64,000 bases of DNA from assembly GCF_006345805.1 (NCBI RefSeq), contig NC_042998.1:196602001-196666000 (forward strand). The letters run 5' to 3'. A model generated the notes under the pieces. It was given only the letters and a program-made list of their open reading frames with translations. It ran no database searches and was not told the origin of the DNA. A program made the position numbers and the translations under genes. Positions 12,833-25,705 of the stretch are shown piece after piece (the first letter of the stretch is position 1; every line of letters starts with the position of its first letter). This DNA is from Octopus sinensis. Taxonomy: Eukaryota.

Positions 12833-13210
12833 TATATATAAAGGATGGAAGTGGAAATAGTCCAGAAGTCTAAAACATTGCAATTTAAGAAGGAATTTAA
12901 TAAAAATGATTTTGAAAAAGAAGATATTACTGGTTTCAATGAATCTCATCAGTAAAAATTTTATTAAAAAAATGGAGTAAAAACAGTTTATCTTCCGTCT
13001 GGGGATCAAGAACATGTCTGGGGGTGGGGTCAAGAATGTCTTGATCCCCAGACAGATGACAAACTATTTTTACTTCAAATTTTAATAAGTTTTTACTGAT
13101 GAGATTCATCGAAACCAGTAATATCTTCTTTATATAATTTTTAAAATCATTTTTTATTAAATTCCTTCTTAAATTCTTGGACTTATTTCTGTGCTATTTC
13201 CACCTCCATC

Positions 13211-13220
<10 letters not shown>
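12833..13220. repeat. Fold-back element (about 180-bp arms, about 20-nt loop)
   Basis: aaggatgga...ctggggatcaagaacat / atgtcttgatccccag...tccatcctt, flanked by TA runs. Confidence 0.85.
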
Positions 13221-13278
<58 letters not shown>

Positions 13279-14882
13279 TCAGCAACAATTTAGATTCAAA
13301 TGAACATGGTACTTAATTTAGATGCACCAGAATTTTGTATGGTGTTATCCATAAAAATTTGCGAGGTGATTATAATAAAATGATGTAGTGCGAAACAATT
13401 GTACCAAATTACCGGAGTCATTCTTGTTGCTTATTTTTTAGTATATATATATATATACATACATATAGCTAGCTAGATGCAAGCCCATGATTCTGAGTTC
13501 AGTCCCACTGTGCAGCACCTTGGGCAAGAGTCTTCTATGCTCGCCCCAGGTCAATCAATGCCTTGTGAGTGAATTCGGAAGACAGAAATTATGTGGAAGT
13601 CTGTTGCATATATATGTGATTGTGTGTGTGTGTGTGTGTCTGTTACATTTTTGTGTCTGTTACATTTTTGTGTCTGCCCACTCTCCCCCTCACTGCTTCA
13701 CATCTGGTGTTAGTTGCTGATGTTCCCTTAACGTAGAGGTTCAGCAAAAGAGACAAACAAAATAAGGACCGAACTTAAAAAGAAAAAGAAGTATAGGAGT
13801 TGAGTTATTCAACTAAACCCTTTGAAGTGATGCCCCAGCATGGCCACAGTCCAATGACTGAAACATGTAAAAGAAGGTACCTTTTATCTTTTACTTTATC
13901 ACCATCATTTAACACCTGCCTTCCATGCTGGCATGGGTGAAACAGTTTGACAAGAGCTGGCCAGGCAGAAGCCTGCACCAAACTACTGTAACTGTTTCAG
14001 CAGGATGTCCTTAGACTGTGCCCATGCTGGAGGACACAAACACACCAACATTGGTTGTTAAATGGTGGGAGGGGGGGGGGGACAACCACAGACACAAATA
14101 CAATTCACACACTGTGCTTGAGGAGACCTATTGAGTCAAGTACATCAACATCAGAAATCAAATGGAAATTACATTTGTGATACCTGTGCCGGTGGCATGT
14201 AAAAAGCACCATCCGAACGTGGCCGATGTCAGTGCCACCTTGATTGGCTTCCGTGCTGTTGGCACGTAAAAAGCACGAACCGATTGTGACCATTGCCAGC
14301 CTCACATGGGATCTGTGTCGGTGGCATGTAAAAAGCACCATCCGAACGTGGCCGATGCCAGCGCCACCTTGACTGGCTTCTGTGCTGGTGACACGTAAAA
14401 GCACGAACCGATCATGGCCATTGCCAGCCTCGCATGGTACCTGTGTAGGTGGCATGTAAAACGCACCCACTACACTCACAGGGTGATTAGCATTAGGAAG
14501 GGCATCCAGCTGTAGAAACACTGGAGCCTGGCGCAGCCTCCTGGCTTCCCAGACCCCGGTCAAACCGTCCATCCCATGCTAGCATGGAAAACAGACGTTA
14601 AACGATGATGATGATATATATATACATATATATGTGTATAAATGATAGGCTTCTTACGGATTCTGTCTACTGAATCCACTCACAAGGTTTTGGTTAGCCT
14701 GGGACTATAGAAGACGCTTGCTCAAAGTGCTAAGCAGTAGGACTGAACCCAAAACCATGTGGCTGAGAAGCCAACTTCTTACCACACAGCCACTGGTTTC
14801 CAAAATATACATAATTACATGGGTTCTAAAACAGAGACAATTCTTGTAGCACAAATCAATGTTAAATCAACAGAATACTTAC

Positions 14883-14935
14883 TTGATCAGCCTTCTGTTT
14901 AGTGGCAGTCACTGATGTTCTTTTTCCTTCAGGTT
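14883..14935 (-). CDS. Module U2 exon C (53 nt, phase 1-0)
   Basis: Acceptor cttttatattacag|AA, donor CAA|gtaagtattc. Encodes (K)PEGKRTSVTATKQKADQ; homologous to the exon at 19476-19522. Confidence 0.8.
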
Positions 14936-14959
14936 CTGTAATATAAAAGTAGAGATTCA

Positions 14960-15340
14960 GGTGAGGTCAGGTGTGAGAGGCATGAGCTGTTGAGGCACTC
15001 TTGGGTCCTCCCAGGCAGCCTGTTAAACAGGGTCCCAGTCAGTCCCTATGTGCACAAAATATCTCCTCATCTGCCGTGATCATGTGGCATGTGGTCATCG
15101 ACACAAGCTGTCAGGCCAGCTGGAGGCTCAGTGAAGAGAACACAGTAAGCAGGGGCTAACTCAGAAAATTGACCAACATGGCCAAACAGTCTCTGAGCTG
15201 GCGTCCCTCTGTGTAGAGTCGAGGGTTGGATATGGAATCTGAAGAATGGTAACTCATAAGCCTGTAAAACATCTTTGTACCAAAGGAGTTCAAGCAATTC
15301 CTAAGGGTCCCAGACAGTGTCCAAGTCTCACAACTAAAGA
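14960..15340 (-). mobile_element. RTE-like LINE 3' fragment of a second family
   Basis: ORF 15067..15297 contains QRLFGHVGQFSELAPAY, resembling the RTE C-terminal RL.GHV motif. Confidence 0.55.
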
Positions 15341-16509
15341 GCAGGACAGGGATAAAGAAAAAAGAATGCTAAAGGGTTAATTAAGAAACATTCTTTGCAA
15401 ACCCATTTGTTAAGATATTATACAATAAATTCTTTTGAAAGTCATCCGAACGTGGCTGTTGCCAGCGCCGCCCCGACTGGCCTTGTACCGGTGGCACGTA
15501 AAAAGCACCATCCGATTGTGGCCGTTGCCAACCTCGCCTGGCCCCCGTGCCGGTGGCACGTAAAAGCACCCACTACACTCTCGGAGTGGTTGGCGTTAGG
15601 AAGGGCATCCAGCTGTAGAAACATTGCCAGATCAGACTGGAGCCTGGTGCAGTCTCCTGGCTTCCCAGACCCCAGTTGAACCATCCAACTCATGCTAACA
15701 TGGAAAGCGAGTGCTAAACGATGATGATGATGATATTATTGGGAAAACTGTTTCGGTTGAACAGCAGAGATGAGATTGAAGTTATTATTTGTCAATCACG
15801 ATATAAGAGAAATTTTTAAAGATCCCAAAGAAGCAGTTTTTAGGGTTTTTGTCTATGTCTGTAATGTAGCAATCATAAGAAACATTGGTGTCTCAGTTTG
15901 ATGTTATTAAATGTTCTGGCGAGACTACAGCAGCCTTTGAATGGAATAGATGGGACCACTACATATAAACAGAAGCGGTCTGATGTAGTGGGCAGTTTGT
16001 AGTTTGGTCTTTGAAGTCAAGGTACAGTTTACAGTTCAAGCTAGTCTGTTAGAAATATTGATTGTTGGTTCTTTGCGTGTCTGTTACTGCCATTGTTTCT
16101 ATTTTGTATTGTTATAACACTGTTACAGTGTATTCTTTATCTATTGTCAACAATATGAACCATACCACAATATTGGAGGCATAAGGATCATCATCATCGT
16201 TTAATGTCCGTTTTCCATGCTAGCATAAGTTGAACGGTTCAACCGGAGTCTGGGAAGCCAGGAGGCTGCGCCAGGCCCAGTCTGATCTGGCAGTGTTTCA
16301 ACAGCTGGATGCCCTTCCTAACGCCTGGCATCAACCACGTACGGAAGGTGCTTTTTACGTGCCAGGGGAGGCTGGCAACAGCCACGTTCGGTTGGTGGTT
16401 TTTACATGCCACTGACACGATAGCCAGTCAAGGCAGCGCTGGCATCGGCCACATATAACATTAAAACACTGAAAATGAAAAGAGTCAATTATCAACAGAA
16501 GCTACTTAC

Positions 16510-16683
16510 TACTCTGCTGAGGTGCTAAGCTTTCAAATGTCTCCTTCCCAGCCTTGTTTTTTGGGCAGTTTTTGTAAGTGTCTGCCTCAGAGAGGAGTTG
16601 CTTATTGCGACTCATTGCTAGATTAAGCTCAGATTCTAAATTCTTCATCTGCTTCTCAAAACTTCTCAAAGCAGTCATTAAAG
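16510..16683 (-). CDS. Module U2 exon B (174 nt, phase 1-1)
   Basis: Acceptor gatatctttccag|CT, donor AGTA|gtaagt. Encodes (A)LMTALRSFEKQMKNLESELNLAMSRNKQLLSEADTYKNCP...APQQS. Confidence 0.88.
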
Positions 16684-17270
16684 CTGGAAAGATATCAACA
16701 AAATACAAAATACACCTTTAAATCAGTAGTTTTCAACAAGGGTCCATGTAAAATTTTGCTTTAAAATTTATCTGCAATAAATTGCTGATACTTCGACAAG
16801 ACACAAAATATTTCAACATTTATTTTATACAATTTCTAAAGGTATTTAACTATAAAGCGGCGAGCTGGCAGAAACGTTAGCATGCCAGGCGAAATGCGAA
16901 GCCGTATTTTATCTGACATTACGTTCTGAGTTCAAATTCCGCCGAGGTCGACTTTGCCTTTCATCCTTTCGGGGTCGATAAATTAAGTACCAGTTGTGCA
17001 CTGGGGTCGATATAATCGACTTAATCCGTTTGTCTGTTCTTGTTTGTCCCCTCTGTGTTTAGCCCCTTGTGGGCAGTAAAGAAATAGGTATTTAATTATG
17101 AAGATGTGATAGGATTTTTTTTAAACATTCAAGAGCGCTGAAAAGGAGAGTAAAACAGAAATCTAAGGGATCGACAGGTAAAAATTGGTTGAGAAACACT
17201 GGTTTCTGTATAATTATGATGATTAAAAATGACTAACAGGTATTTTAAGTCTCATACTGTAACAGAGATA

Positions 17271-17302
<32 letters not shown>

Positions 17303-17333
17303 TAATGTAATACAATGATGAAGAACAATTTAC

Positions 17334-17490
17334 CTTGTGTTTTAGGTTTAGGAAAACCATAGACTGGTCTTTCAGAAAGTTGTTGAGAATCACTGGTCAG
17401 AGGCAGCTTCCTATAAGAACCGGTACTTATGTCATCAAATATCTGCTCTGAACCAGGTTGAAGATCAGAACTGTCAGAGAGATTAGCCAT
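17334..17490 (-). CDS. Module U2 exon A (157 nt, phase 0-1)
   Basis: Acceptor ttttctttggtacag|ATG (same as U1-A), donor CAAG|gtaaat. Encodes MANLSDSS...EQIFDDISTGSYRKLP...SERPVYGFPKPKTQ. Confidence 0.88.
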
Positions 17491-19475
17491 CTGTACCAAA
17501 GAAAATGGAAATAATACAGTATAGAGTGCTTCACAAAGATTGGTCCAGAAAATTCTAGACTCAAAAAAAAAAAAAAAAACTACTAAACATCTACAAATCT
17601 CAAATGAGACCCAAAATGAAGCCTGGATACTAAATCAGGCATAGAAGCTATAAAAACATCCAGACATCCTAGAACACATCCAAAGAAGGTCATATAAGTT
17701 ACAGGCAAGAAATCACTCACCAAAACGTCCCAACCTCTGAACCACAGAACTACTGTCTCCTCCCCACTTCCTCTAACACTCTTTTGTACCAATACTACAC
17801 TGACTACTACCTGGCTTCTGACCAATCAGGCACTGAAGACTCTCTCATCTCTCCAACTATGGAGCGTCAATACACCAAGATCCTGCACTATTCATTCCAC
17901 GCCATAAGCCCACGGGCATATGACGTAGTGGTTAAGAGTGCAGGCTACTAACCCCAAGATTCTGAGTTTGATTCTGAGTTACGTACCTCTGGCACAGGAG
18001 CCAGTCAGGCGGACATAGCACTGATCACGTACAAATGGTGCTTTTTACGTGCCACCGGCACAAGAGCCAGTCAGGGGGCACTGTATTGGCCATGTTAGGA
18101 TGGTGCTTTTTACGTGCCACCACAGCAAAAGAACCAGCCAAAGGGCACTGCATCAGCCACATTTGGATGGTGCTTTCCATGTGCCATCGGCACGAGCCAG
18201 TCAGGGGTCACTGCATCAGCCACATTTGGATGGTGCTTTTCATGTGTCACCAGCACCGGAGCCAGTCAGGTGGATCTGGCATCGACCGTTGTCTATTTTT
18301 AGTATTTTATTTTCTTTCCCTGCATGTGTTCTTCATTATTGATTTATTGGGAATCCAGCAGGGATTTCATTTAGGGCCCTGTGAGTGAATTCACTAGACG
18401 GAAACTGTGTGGAAGCCTGTTAGAGGGACTATACCTCTAACTCAAAGACCAAGATTGTTTACACACTGATAATGAATCTGTCTGAGGACCATGTTAAGGG
18501 GTCACATGTCTGTGGGATACACAGCCATTTAGGTAATCAGTCAATGTTTAGGTTTCTCAATTGATGGAACAACTGGAATGACCATCAAAACTGATGTGTT
18601 GTGGGGAGGGGGGGGTCTGTCTAATCTTTTTATCAAACTCTACCACAGCAGACAAATGATGTAGGATTTGAACTCACAAACTACTCCACTGCATTGTCTT
18701 CTAACTATTGGAAACTGAAAAGAATCATGAAATGGTGTTATGTGGAGACCCTGAATGTATCAAAATGCCTGAGTAAACCTAAGCAGAGTCTGCAACTTCT
18801 TGTGTATCACCAAGTTAGCAGCATCCAGGCTTCAGCCCCAGCTTATCTCAATTGTCATGATATTGTCCAAGATAACACCCGTGCTGGTGGCACATAAAGA
18901 GCATACTTTGAACATTGGGCCTCACAGAGGCAAAGAAGCTGAGTTCCTCTTGAGCGTTGGGCCACACGGAGGAAAAGTAGCTGACTTGCTTTTGAGTGTT
19001 GGGCCACACGGAGGTGAGGTGGCTGAGTTCCTTTCAAGCGTTGGGCCTCACAGAGGCAATGACCAAAGCATTTGGCATTATGTCCTGCTTGAGAAGACCC
19101 ATGAAGCTGAGCAAAATCACGGTCATGGCAGATACCAGTGTCATGCAAATTGGCACCCGTGCCGACGGCACGTAAACACACACTGGTGTCACCAAATAAT
19201 ACCTGTGCCAGTGGCATGTAAAAGCACCCATTACACTCTTGGAGTGTTTGGTGTTAGGAAGGGCAACCAGCCATAGAAAACTATGCTAAATCAGGCTGGA
19301 GTCTGGTGAGCCTTCCACCGTGGCAGCCCGGTCAAACCGTCCAATGGACATTAAATGACGATGATGATAAATACTAATTGACTGAGTTGATTGAGAGCGG
19401 TTTGTTCCGTTCTCCAAAAGAAAACTCCGGGAAATGATTTAAGTAGAGAAATTACTAAATTAATAAAATACTTAC

Positions 19476-19522
19476 TTCAACCTGTTTAGCAGCAATCACT
19501 GATGACATCTTTTGTTGAGGTT
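19476..19522 (-). CDS. Module U3 exon C (47 nt, phase 1-0)
   Basis: Acceptor ccttttttattgcag|AA, donor GAA|gtaagtatt. Encodes (E)PQQKMSSVIAAKQVE. Confidence 0.8.
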
Positions 19523-20540
19523 CTGCAATAAAAAAGGATTCCATTCTTAAAAAAATACTGGCTCTCAACGATTCATATCCAGACATTCAAGACCCATCAC
19601 ATTCATAGGAATCATGGAAAAAATGGGATTAAAGCAATGTTTCTGGACACAGGTTTGGTTGTGTGGTGGACAAATTTACTTTGCTATCATGGAGTTCAAG
19701 TTCAATCCCATTGTAGGACATCTCCAGGAAATGTCTTTTACAAAATTATTTGGGAGCGTAAGGAGACATAAATACTCATTACTTTCAAGAAAAAACTGCC
19801 TTATTTAGTGAGGTAGGGAGTAAACAATGTTCTTCTAAAAACCAACCCCAATAGAAAGGCATCCATTTTGTAGACAGACGACAAAAGGAGGAGAATGTTG
19901 AAGTAATGAATTTAAATGTTGAATCATTCTTGCTGTCATCGTCCTAATCAACATTGGTTTAGATGATGATGATGATGATAAAATGATTAGAGCAAAAATG
20001 ATTTAACATTTAACCCTTTAGCATTTAAACCGGCCAAAAGTATTCTGCTTGTTTTATGTTCAAACTGGCCAGATCTGGTCTCTCACACCAACCCTACAAT
20101 ATTGTTTAAAAAATTAACAGCTACCTCATCAAAATCTCATAGCTACAAGATAATGCATGATTAGTTCAAAACTATTTGGATAAAGAAGCATTAATTTTGG
20201 CAGAATAATGCGAACACTAAAGGGTTAAATTCATTGCTTCAAAAAGAGGAGAATGTTGAGTGTGGCTGTTGCCAGTACCGCCTGACTGGCCTCGTGCCAG
20301 TGGCACGTAAAAGCACCCACTACACTCTCAGAGTAGTTGGCATTAGGAAGGGCATCCAGCTGTAGAAACTCTGCTAGATCAGATTGGAGCCTGGTGCAGC
20401 CATCTGGTTCGCCAGCCCTCAGTGAAACCGTCCAACCCATGCCAGCATGGAAAGCAGACATTAAACGATGATGATAATGATGATGACACACACATGCATT
20501 TATATAAATGAAAGGCAATTATCAATATATATCTTATTAC

Positions 20541-20590
20541 CTTGAAGATGGGTCAATCTTTTAACTGTTGTTTCATTTTTCCCCTTTCTT
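20541..20590 (-). pseudogene. Orphan 3' half of an extra exon-B copy, abutting a LINE 3' end
   Basis: Encodes ...KGKNETTVKRLTHLQ G|gtaataag. The donor-side intron resembles that of U3-B (gtaataagcatattgattgataactg). The 5' half and native acceptor are absent, and a TAG lies upstream in this frame. Confidence 0.7.
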
Positions 20591-20591
20591 T

Positions 20592-21125
20592 CCTTTTCTA
20601 GTTTCAGCTAAAGAGCTGTGGCCCCGCTGTTTGCTTTGCTATACTTTCATTAAACCTCCTCTGATATATGGCATTTGGTGAATGAGGGAGTTTGATGCTG
20701 CTGCCCTCATCCGTGTTTCTTGCTGCAAGGTAGGTCCATCTGAAACTCTTGACAAAAGGAGATCCAGTTTTGTTGCAAAGATGCCTACATCTACCCCATG
20801 TAGGTCCCTCAGGCTTTGTGGAAGGATACCGAAGAGCTATAGGCCCTTGAAGCCCAAACTGTCGCAGTACCTGGTCCTGTATCCCGATGGCAATGCTAGA
20901 ATCTTTGGTACCATGCAGTGGTGCCTCGTTCTACTGTTTGTGCAACTGACACTGCCAAAGTTTGGTACAAGTTCCAGGATTTTTCTAGATGTATATTACT
21001 GCGTATCTTTCCTGCCTTTGTTTTAGGGAGTAGAGTCGTAACTTTTCAGTCTCTCCCGGTAGCTGACATGTAGCACTGAGACAATCTTCTTCATGTAGCT
21101 TTGCTCGATTGCTTGGAGTTCATGG
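20592..21125 (-). mobile_element. Non-RTE LINE 3' fragment
   Basis: Minus-strand YRERLK...SLKQRQERYAVIYI...LVPNFG...LGFKG-like post-RT sequence ending in the tail ggccacagctctttagctgaaactagaaaag. A related fragment lies at about 32095-32310 (+). Confidence 0.65.
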
Positions 21126-22584
21126 AAATTTTAACACTTATATCCATTTATCAGATCAAAATTACAGAGAATTTTCTGTTATCCAAAGTCTTATTTGGTT
21201 ATACACAAATGTATAAACCAAGGTTTTTTGAATAATGAAAGCCTTATGTTATTTTCTGTGCCCATGGCAACTTGGTGTCTATTGTTTATTGTTATATGAA
21301 ATGAAATCAATATATCGATTTCGTTTATATTGATTTGAATACTAGAAGAAAACTGCTAGTGTGTGTGCATATATATATATATATATATATACCGGAGTAA
21401 ACACATAAATGTGAAACAAGGTGGGAAAAAGAGTACTCAAATACCAGTGGTAGAGTAATATGCTTTACTTAAAGCAGCAGAAAATTCAACAAAACCTGTT
21501 ACTCTGAGTTTCCGAACGGCAACGAGAAACTCAGAGTAACAGGTTTTGTTGAATTTTCTGCTGCTTTAAATAAAGTATATATATATATCAGGGGTGACTC
21601 CAGGTCGTCAGCATCACTCGGGCTCATTACAGATTTTTCAGAGGACACATGCCTGTTCATACAATTTCACATTTTTCTGCTTTATTTCTAGCTCCAAATG
21701 GCTTATTTTTTTTTATACCTAGCACTATGTCTTTCTCCATTTCTAAGTTAAGATTTAAAATAAAGCAACCTTGCAAAACACAATTGATTTTTACACACAG
21801 ACGCACAGAATAACAGCAATCAAATAACAACAACAGAGATCTGACTGTCACCGACAAGAGATGCCAGTTAGTTTTTTACGCCTTCTAGGCTCATTCATAT
21901 TAACCTGAACTGCTGGATAAATTTTCATTCCCTTAAGATTGTTGAAGAACGGAAACTTTACATAGATTGGAATTTAAATATTAATCTCTATAGAAATTTG
22001 TTTCAAGAAAACATTGAATTTGAATTACTTTCAATTTTTACGGTTATTGATAACAACTCAGGCTGTAACTTCTGACCCCGAGTCAGGCGTGTGTAAACAA
22101 TGTTGAGAGAATGTCAGCCACGAATGATATTTTTTGACACAGGGCACCTCTAGGACGACCGCCAGACACTGAACGAAAATAAATGAACTGGAACCTGGAT
22201 CAATAAAAGGAGCTCCAGTTATTGGCTGCTGTTACATACTTGAAGTGTTGGTAGAAATTATATCAGCTTGCAAATACACGTACACTTTACTAAATTTATA
22301 CTCAGGCTAAGGCCGAACAGCCTGGGTGACAGTTGTCACTGATATATATATAAATATATATATATACACACACATACATATATAGGTCCGGCAGTCGCCA
22401 TAATAGATCGGTAGCCACTACACACATTTTTTTTCTCTCCTTGTTTTTTCTGTGTCCCTTTCTGTAGAAGAGCGTAGGCTCAAAACGTAAAAGACTTTTT
22501 CAATTCCTGGGTGTTATACTAATACACTTGTTTGTTTTCTACACCACCTGTCTTCATCTTTTGTTTTTTTTCGTAAACTCCCCC

Positions 22585-22597
22585 TATATATATATAT

Positions 22598-22644
<47 letters not shown>

Positions 22645-22753
22645 ATATATTGTATTTATGTGTATATATATATATATATATGTATTTATGTGTATATATA
22701 TATATATATATATAATATATGTATTTATGTGTATATATATATATATATGTATT

Positions 22754-22800
<47 letters not shown>

Positions 22801-22803
22801 ATT

Positions 22804-22842
<39 letters not shown>

Positions 22843-22936
22843 TTATGTGTATATATATATATATATATATAATATATATATGTATTTATGTGTATATATA
22901 TATATATATGTATGTGTATATATATATATGTATGTG

Positions 22937-22972
<36 letters not shown>

Positions 22973-22974
22973 TG

Positions 22975-23005
<31 letters not shown>

Positions 23006-23130
23006 TATATATATATATGTGATGATGATGATGATGATGATGATGATGTGTATATATATGTATGTGTATATATATATATATATTATATATATATATATGC
23101 ATGTGTGTATATATATATATATATATATAA
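22585..23130. repeat. Compound (TA)n/(TG)n/(GAT)n microsatellite
   Basis: Directly visible low-complexity tract; the source of several spurious long ORFs. Confidence 0.95.
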
Positions 23131-23893
23131 AATCAACATTAACATCATCATTTAACACCCACTTGTCTATGCTCACATTGGTCACACAGAATTTTCAGCC
23201 AAGTACCCACCCTTGTGTGCAAGCAGGGTAAGATTTCCCCACAGGGCAAGAGAGTGTTATATGGAACACTAAAAAGTAACATCGCTTGTATAACAGTAAT
23301 GTTCATCTGCAACTATAACATAATGTCAAGAAAATGGGTACACACAACATCATCGTTTAACAGGTTTTCCATGCTGGCATGGGTTGGATGCTTTGACAGA
23401 AGCTGGCAAGCTGGGAAACTGCGCAAGACCCCAGCCATCTGTTTTGGCATTGATTCTACAGCTAGATGTCCTTCCTAATGCTGACCACTTTACAGAGTGA
23501 CCTAGGTGCTTTATACGTGGCACCAGCACAGATCCATTTTACACACCTTTTGCTTAAAAACACATCTTCTGAGTGTTGGGTCACACAGAGGCAATGACGA
23601 ATGACTGAGACCTTTGGCATTATGTCATGCTTGAGAAGAAGACCCACCAAGCCAAGTAAAATCAAAGTAGCGGCAGATACTGGTGTCACACAAATGGCAC
23701 CCATGAAAGTGGTACATAAAAATACTCATTACATTCTTGGAATTGTAGGGGTTAGAAAGGGCATCCAGCCATAGAAAACCATGCCAAATCAGACTGGAGT
23801 CTGGTGCAGCCTTCCAGTTTGCCAGCATGGACAACGGACATTAAATGATGATGATAGAAATGAAAGACAGTTATCAATCAATATGCTTATTAC

Positions 23894-24067
23894 CTTGAGG
23901 ATGGGTCAATCCTTTGACTGTTGTATCATTTCCTGAATTGTCTTGGGAATAGTTTCCGTAAGCATCTGGCTCAGAGATGCAGTGTTTACTATGACTCATA
24001 GCTTGGCTATGATCAACTTCTTCATTTTCTAAATCTTCCTCAAAGCTTCTCAGAGCAGCTCGAAATT
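23894..24067 (-). CDS. Module U3 exon B (174 nt, phase 1-1)
   Basis: Acceptor (t)n-cag|AA, donor CAAG|gtaata. Encodes (E)FRAALRSFEEDLENEEVDHSQAMSH...NDTTVKGLTHPQ. Confidence 0.85.
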
Positions 24068-25562
24068 CTGAAAAAAAAAAAAAGTATATATATATATATA
24101 TATATTCTTTTACTCTTTTACATGTTTCAGTCATTTGACTGTGGCCATGCCGGAGCACAGCCTTTAGTCGAGCAAATCGATCCCGGGACTTATTCTATCG
24201 GTCTCTTTAGCCGAAACGCTAAGTGACGGGGACGTAAACACACCAGCATCGGTTGTCAAGCAATGCTAGGGGGACAAACACAGACACACACATATATATA
24301 TATATATACATATACATGACAGGCTTCTTTCAGTTTCCGTCTACCAAATCCACTCACAAGGCATTGGTTGGCCCGGGGCTATAGCAGAAGACACTTGCCC
24401 AAGATGCCATGCAGTGGGACTGAACCCGGAATCATGTGGCTGGTTAGCAAGCTACTTACCACACAGCCACTCCTGCGCCTATATATATATATATATAAGC
24501 ATGTAAAAGGCACCATTCGAGCATGATCGTTACCAGCATCGCCTTATTGGCACATAAAAACACCATTTGAGCATGGTCATCTTACTGGCCCTCGTATCGG
24601 CGGCACATAAAAGCATTCAGCTGTAGAAAATCTGACAGATGAAGATTGGAGCCTGGTGCATCCATCTGGTTCGCCAGTTCTCAGTCAAATTGTCCAACCC
24701 ATGCCAGCATGGAAAGCAGACGTTAAATGATGATGATGATGCTGCTGTAATATAGCCCCAGCTGGCTATACAACATGATCTGTGTCCTTATATTTTCAAA
24801 CAAGGGAATCTAGGACTACTATAAGGACACAGATCATGTCGTATAGCCAGCTGGATACAATGTCTCCTGGGGCTAAATTACAGCAACATTCGTCCTAAAC
24901 CAGGACTGACGTGTTATGTTGGCAAACAATCTTTACTCCAAAGTACTGTTGCTGAATATCTCTCGTTGTGAGATTTACAAATAGTAATTTTCTAATGATG
25001 TTGGTATGTTTATATGCATGTAACTTAGCAATTCAGTAAAAGAGACTGACAGAATAAGTACTCATCATCATCATCATCATCATCGTTTAACGTCCGCTTT
25101 CCATGCTAGCATGTATTAGACGATTTGACTGAGGACTGGTGAACCAGATGGCCACACCAGGCTCCAATCTTGATCTGGCCGAGTTTCTACAGCTTGATGC
25201 TCTTCCTAACGCCAACCACTCCGAGAGTGTAGTGGGTGCTTTTTACGTGCCACCAGCATGGGGCCAGTCAAGCAGTACTGGCTATGACCTCGCTCGAATA
25301 TTTTACACATGCCACCGGCACAGGCGCCAGTAAGGCGACGTTGGTAACGATCACGCTCGAATGGTGCCCTTTTACATGCCACTGGCACGGAGCGAGTTGG
25401 CTGCTCTGGCAACGATTACGCTCGGATGGTGCTCTACCGAGCTTAAGAAAAAAACCAGATTCAATCAATTCATTCAACTAAAAGTTCTTCAAAGCGGTTC
25501 CCAAGCATGGTTGCAGTTTAAAGATTGAAACAGCAGATAAAAGTTAATGGAGAATGATTTAC

Positions 25563-25632
25563 CTTGTACTTGATTTTCGAGAGAAGCGTCCAAAGGTATT
25601 TCAATGCTAGAACTACCTGAAAGACTAGACAT
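25563..25632 (-). CDS. Module U3 exon A (70 nt, phase 0-1), begins with ATG
   Basis: Acceptor ttgttttcttcgatacag|ATG, donor CAAG|gtaaatcattct. Encodes MSSLSGSSSIEIPLDASLENQVQ; both ends resemble U2-A, with an internal deletion. Confidence 0.75.
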
Positions 25633-25705
25633 CTGTATCGAAGAAAACAAAAAGCAGGATTATTATTTCAACATCAGAATGGTTGCATCACAAAGACTGG
25701 CTTAC

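Noticed and set aside
14105-14615. CRISPR-like array of conserved gtggcacgtaaaaagcac repeats with variable spacers
   Set aside because: The repeats are internal units of a dispersed eukaryotic SINE-like element with a (GAT)n tail; spacers are homologous to each other and there are no cas genes.
22528-23231. Long ORFs (up to 183 aa) rich in Y/I/C/V
   Set aside because: Translation of (TA)n/(TG)n microsatellite.
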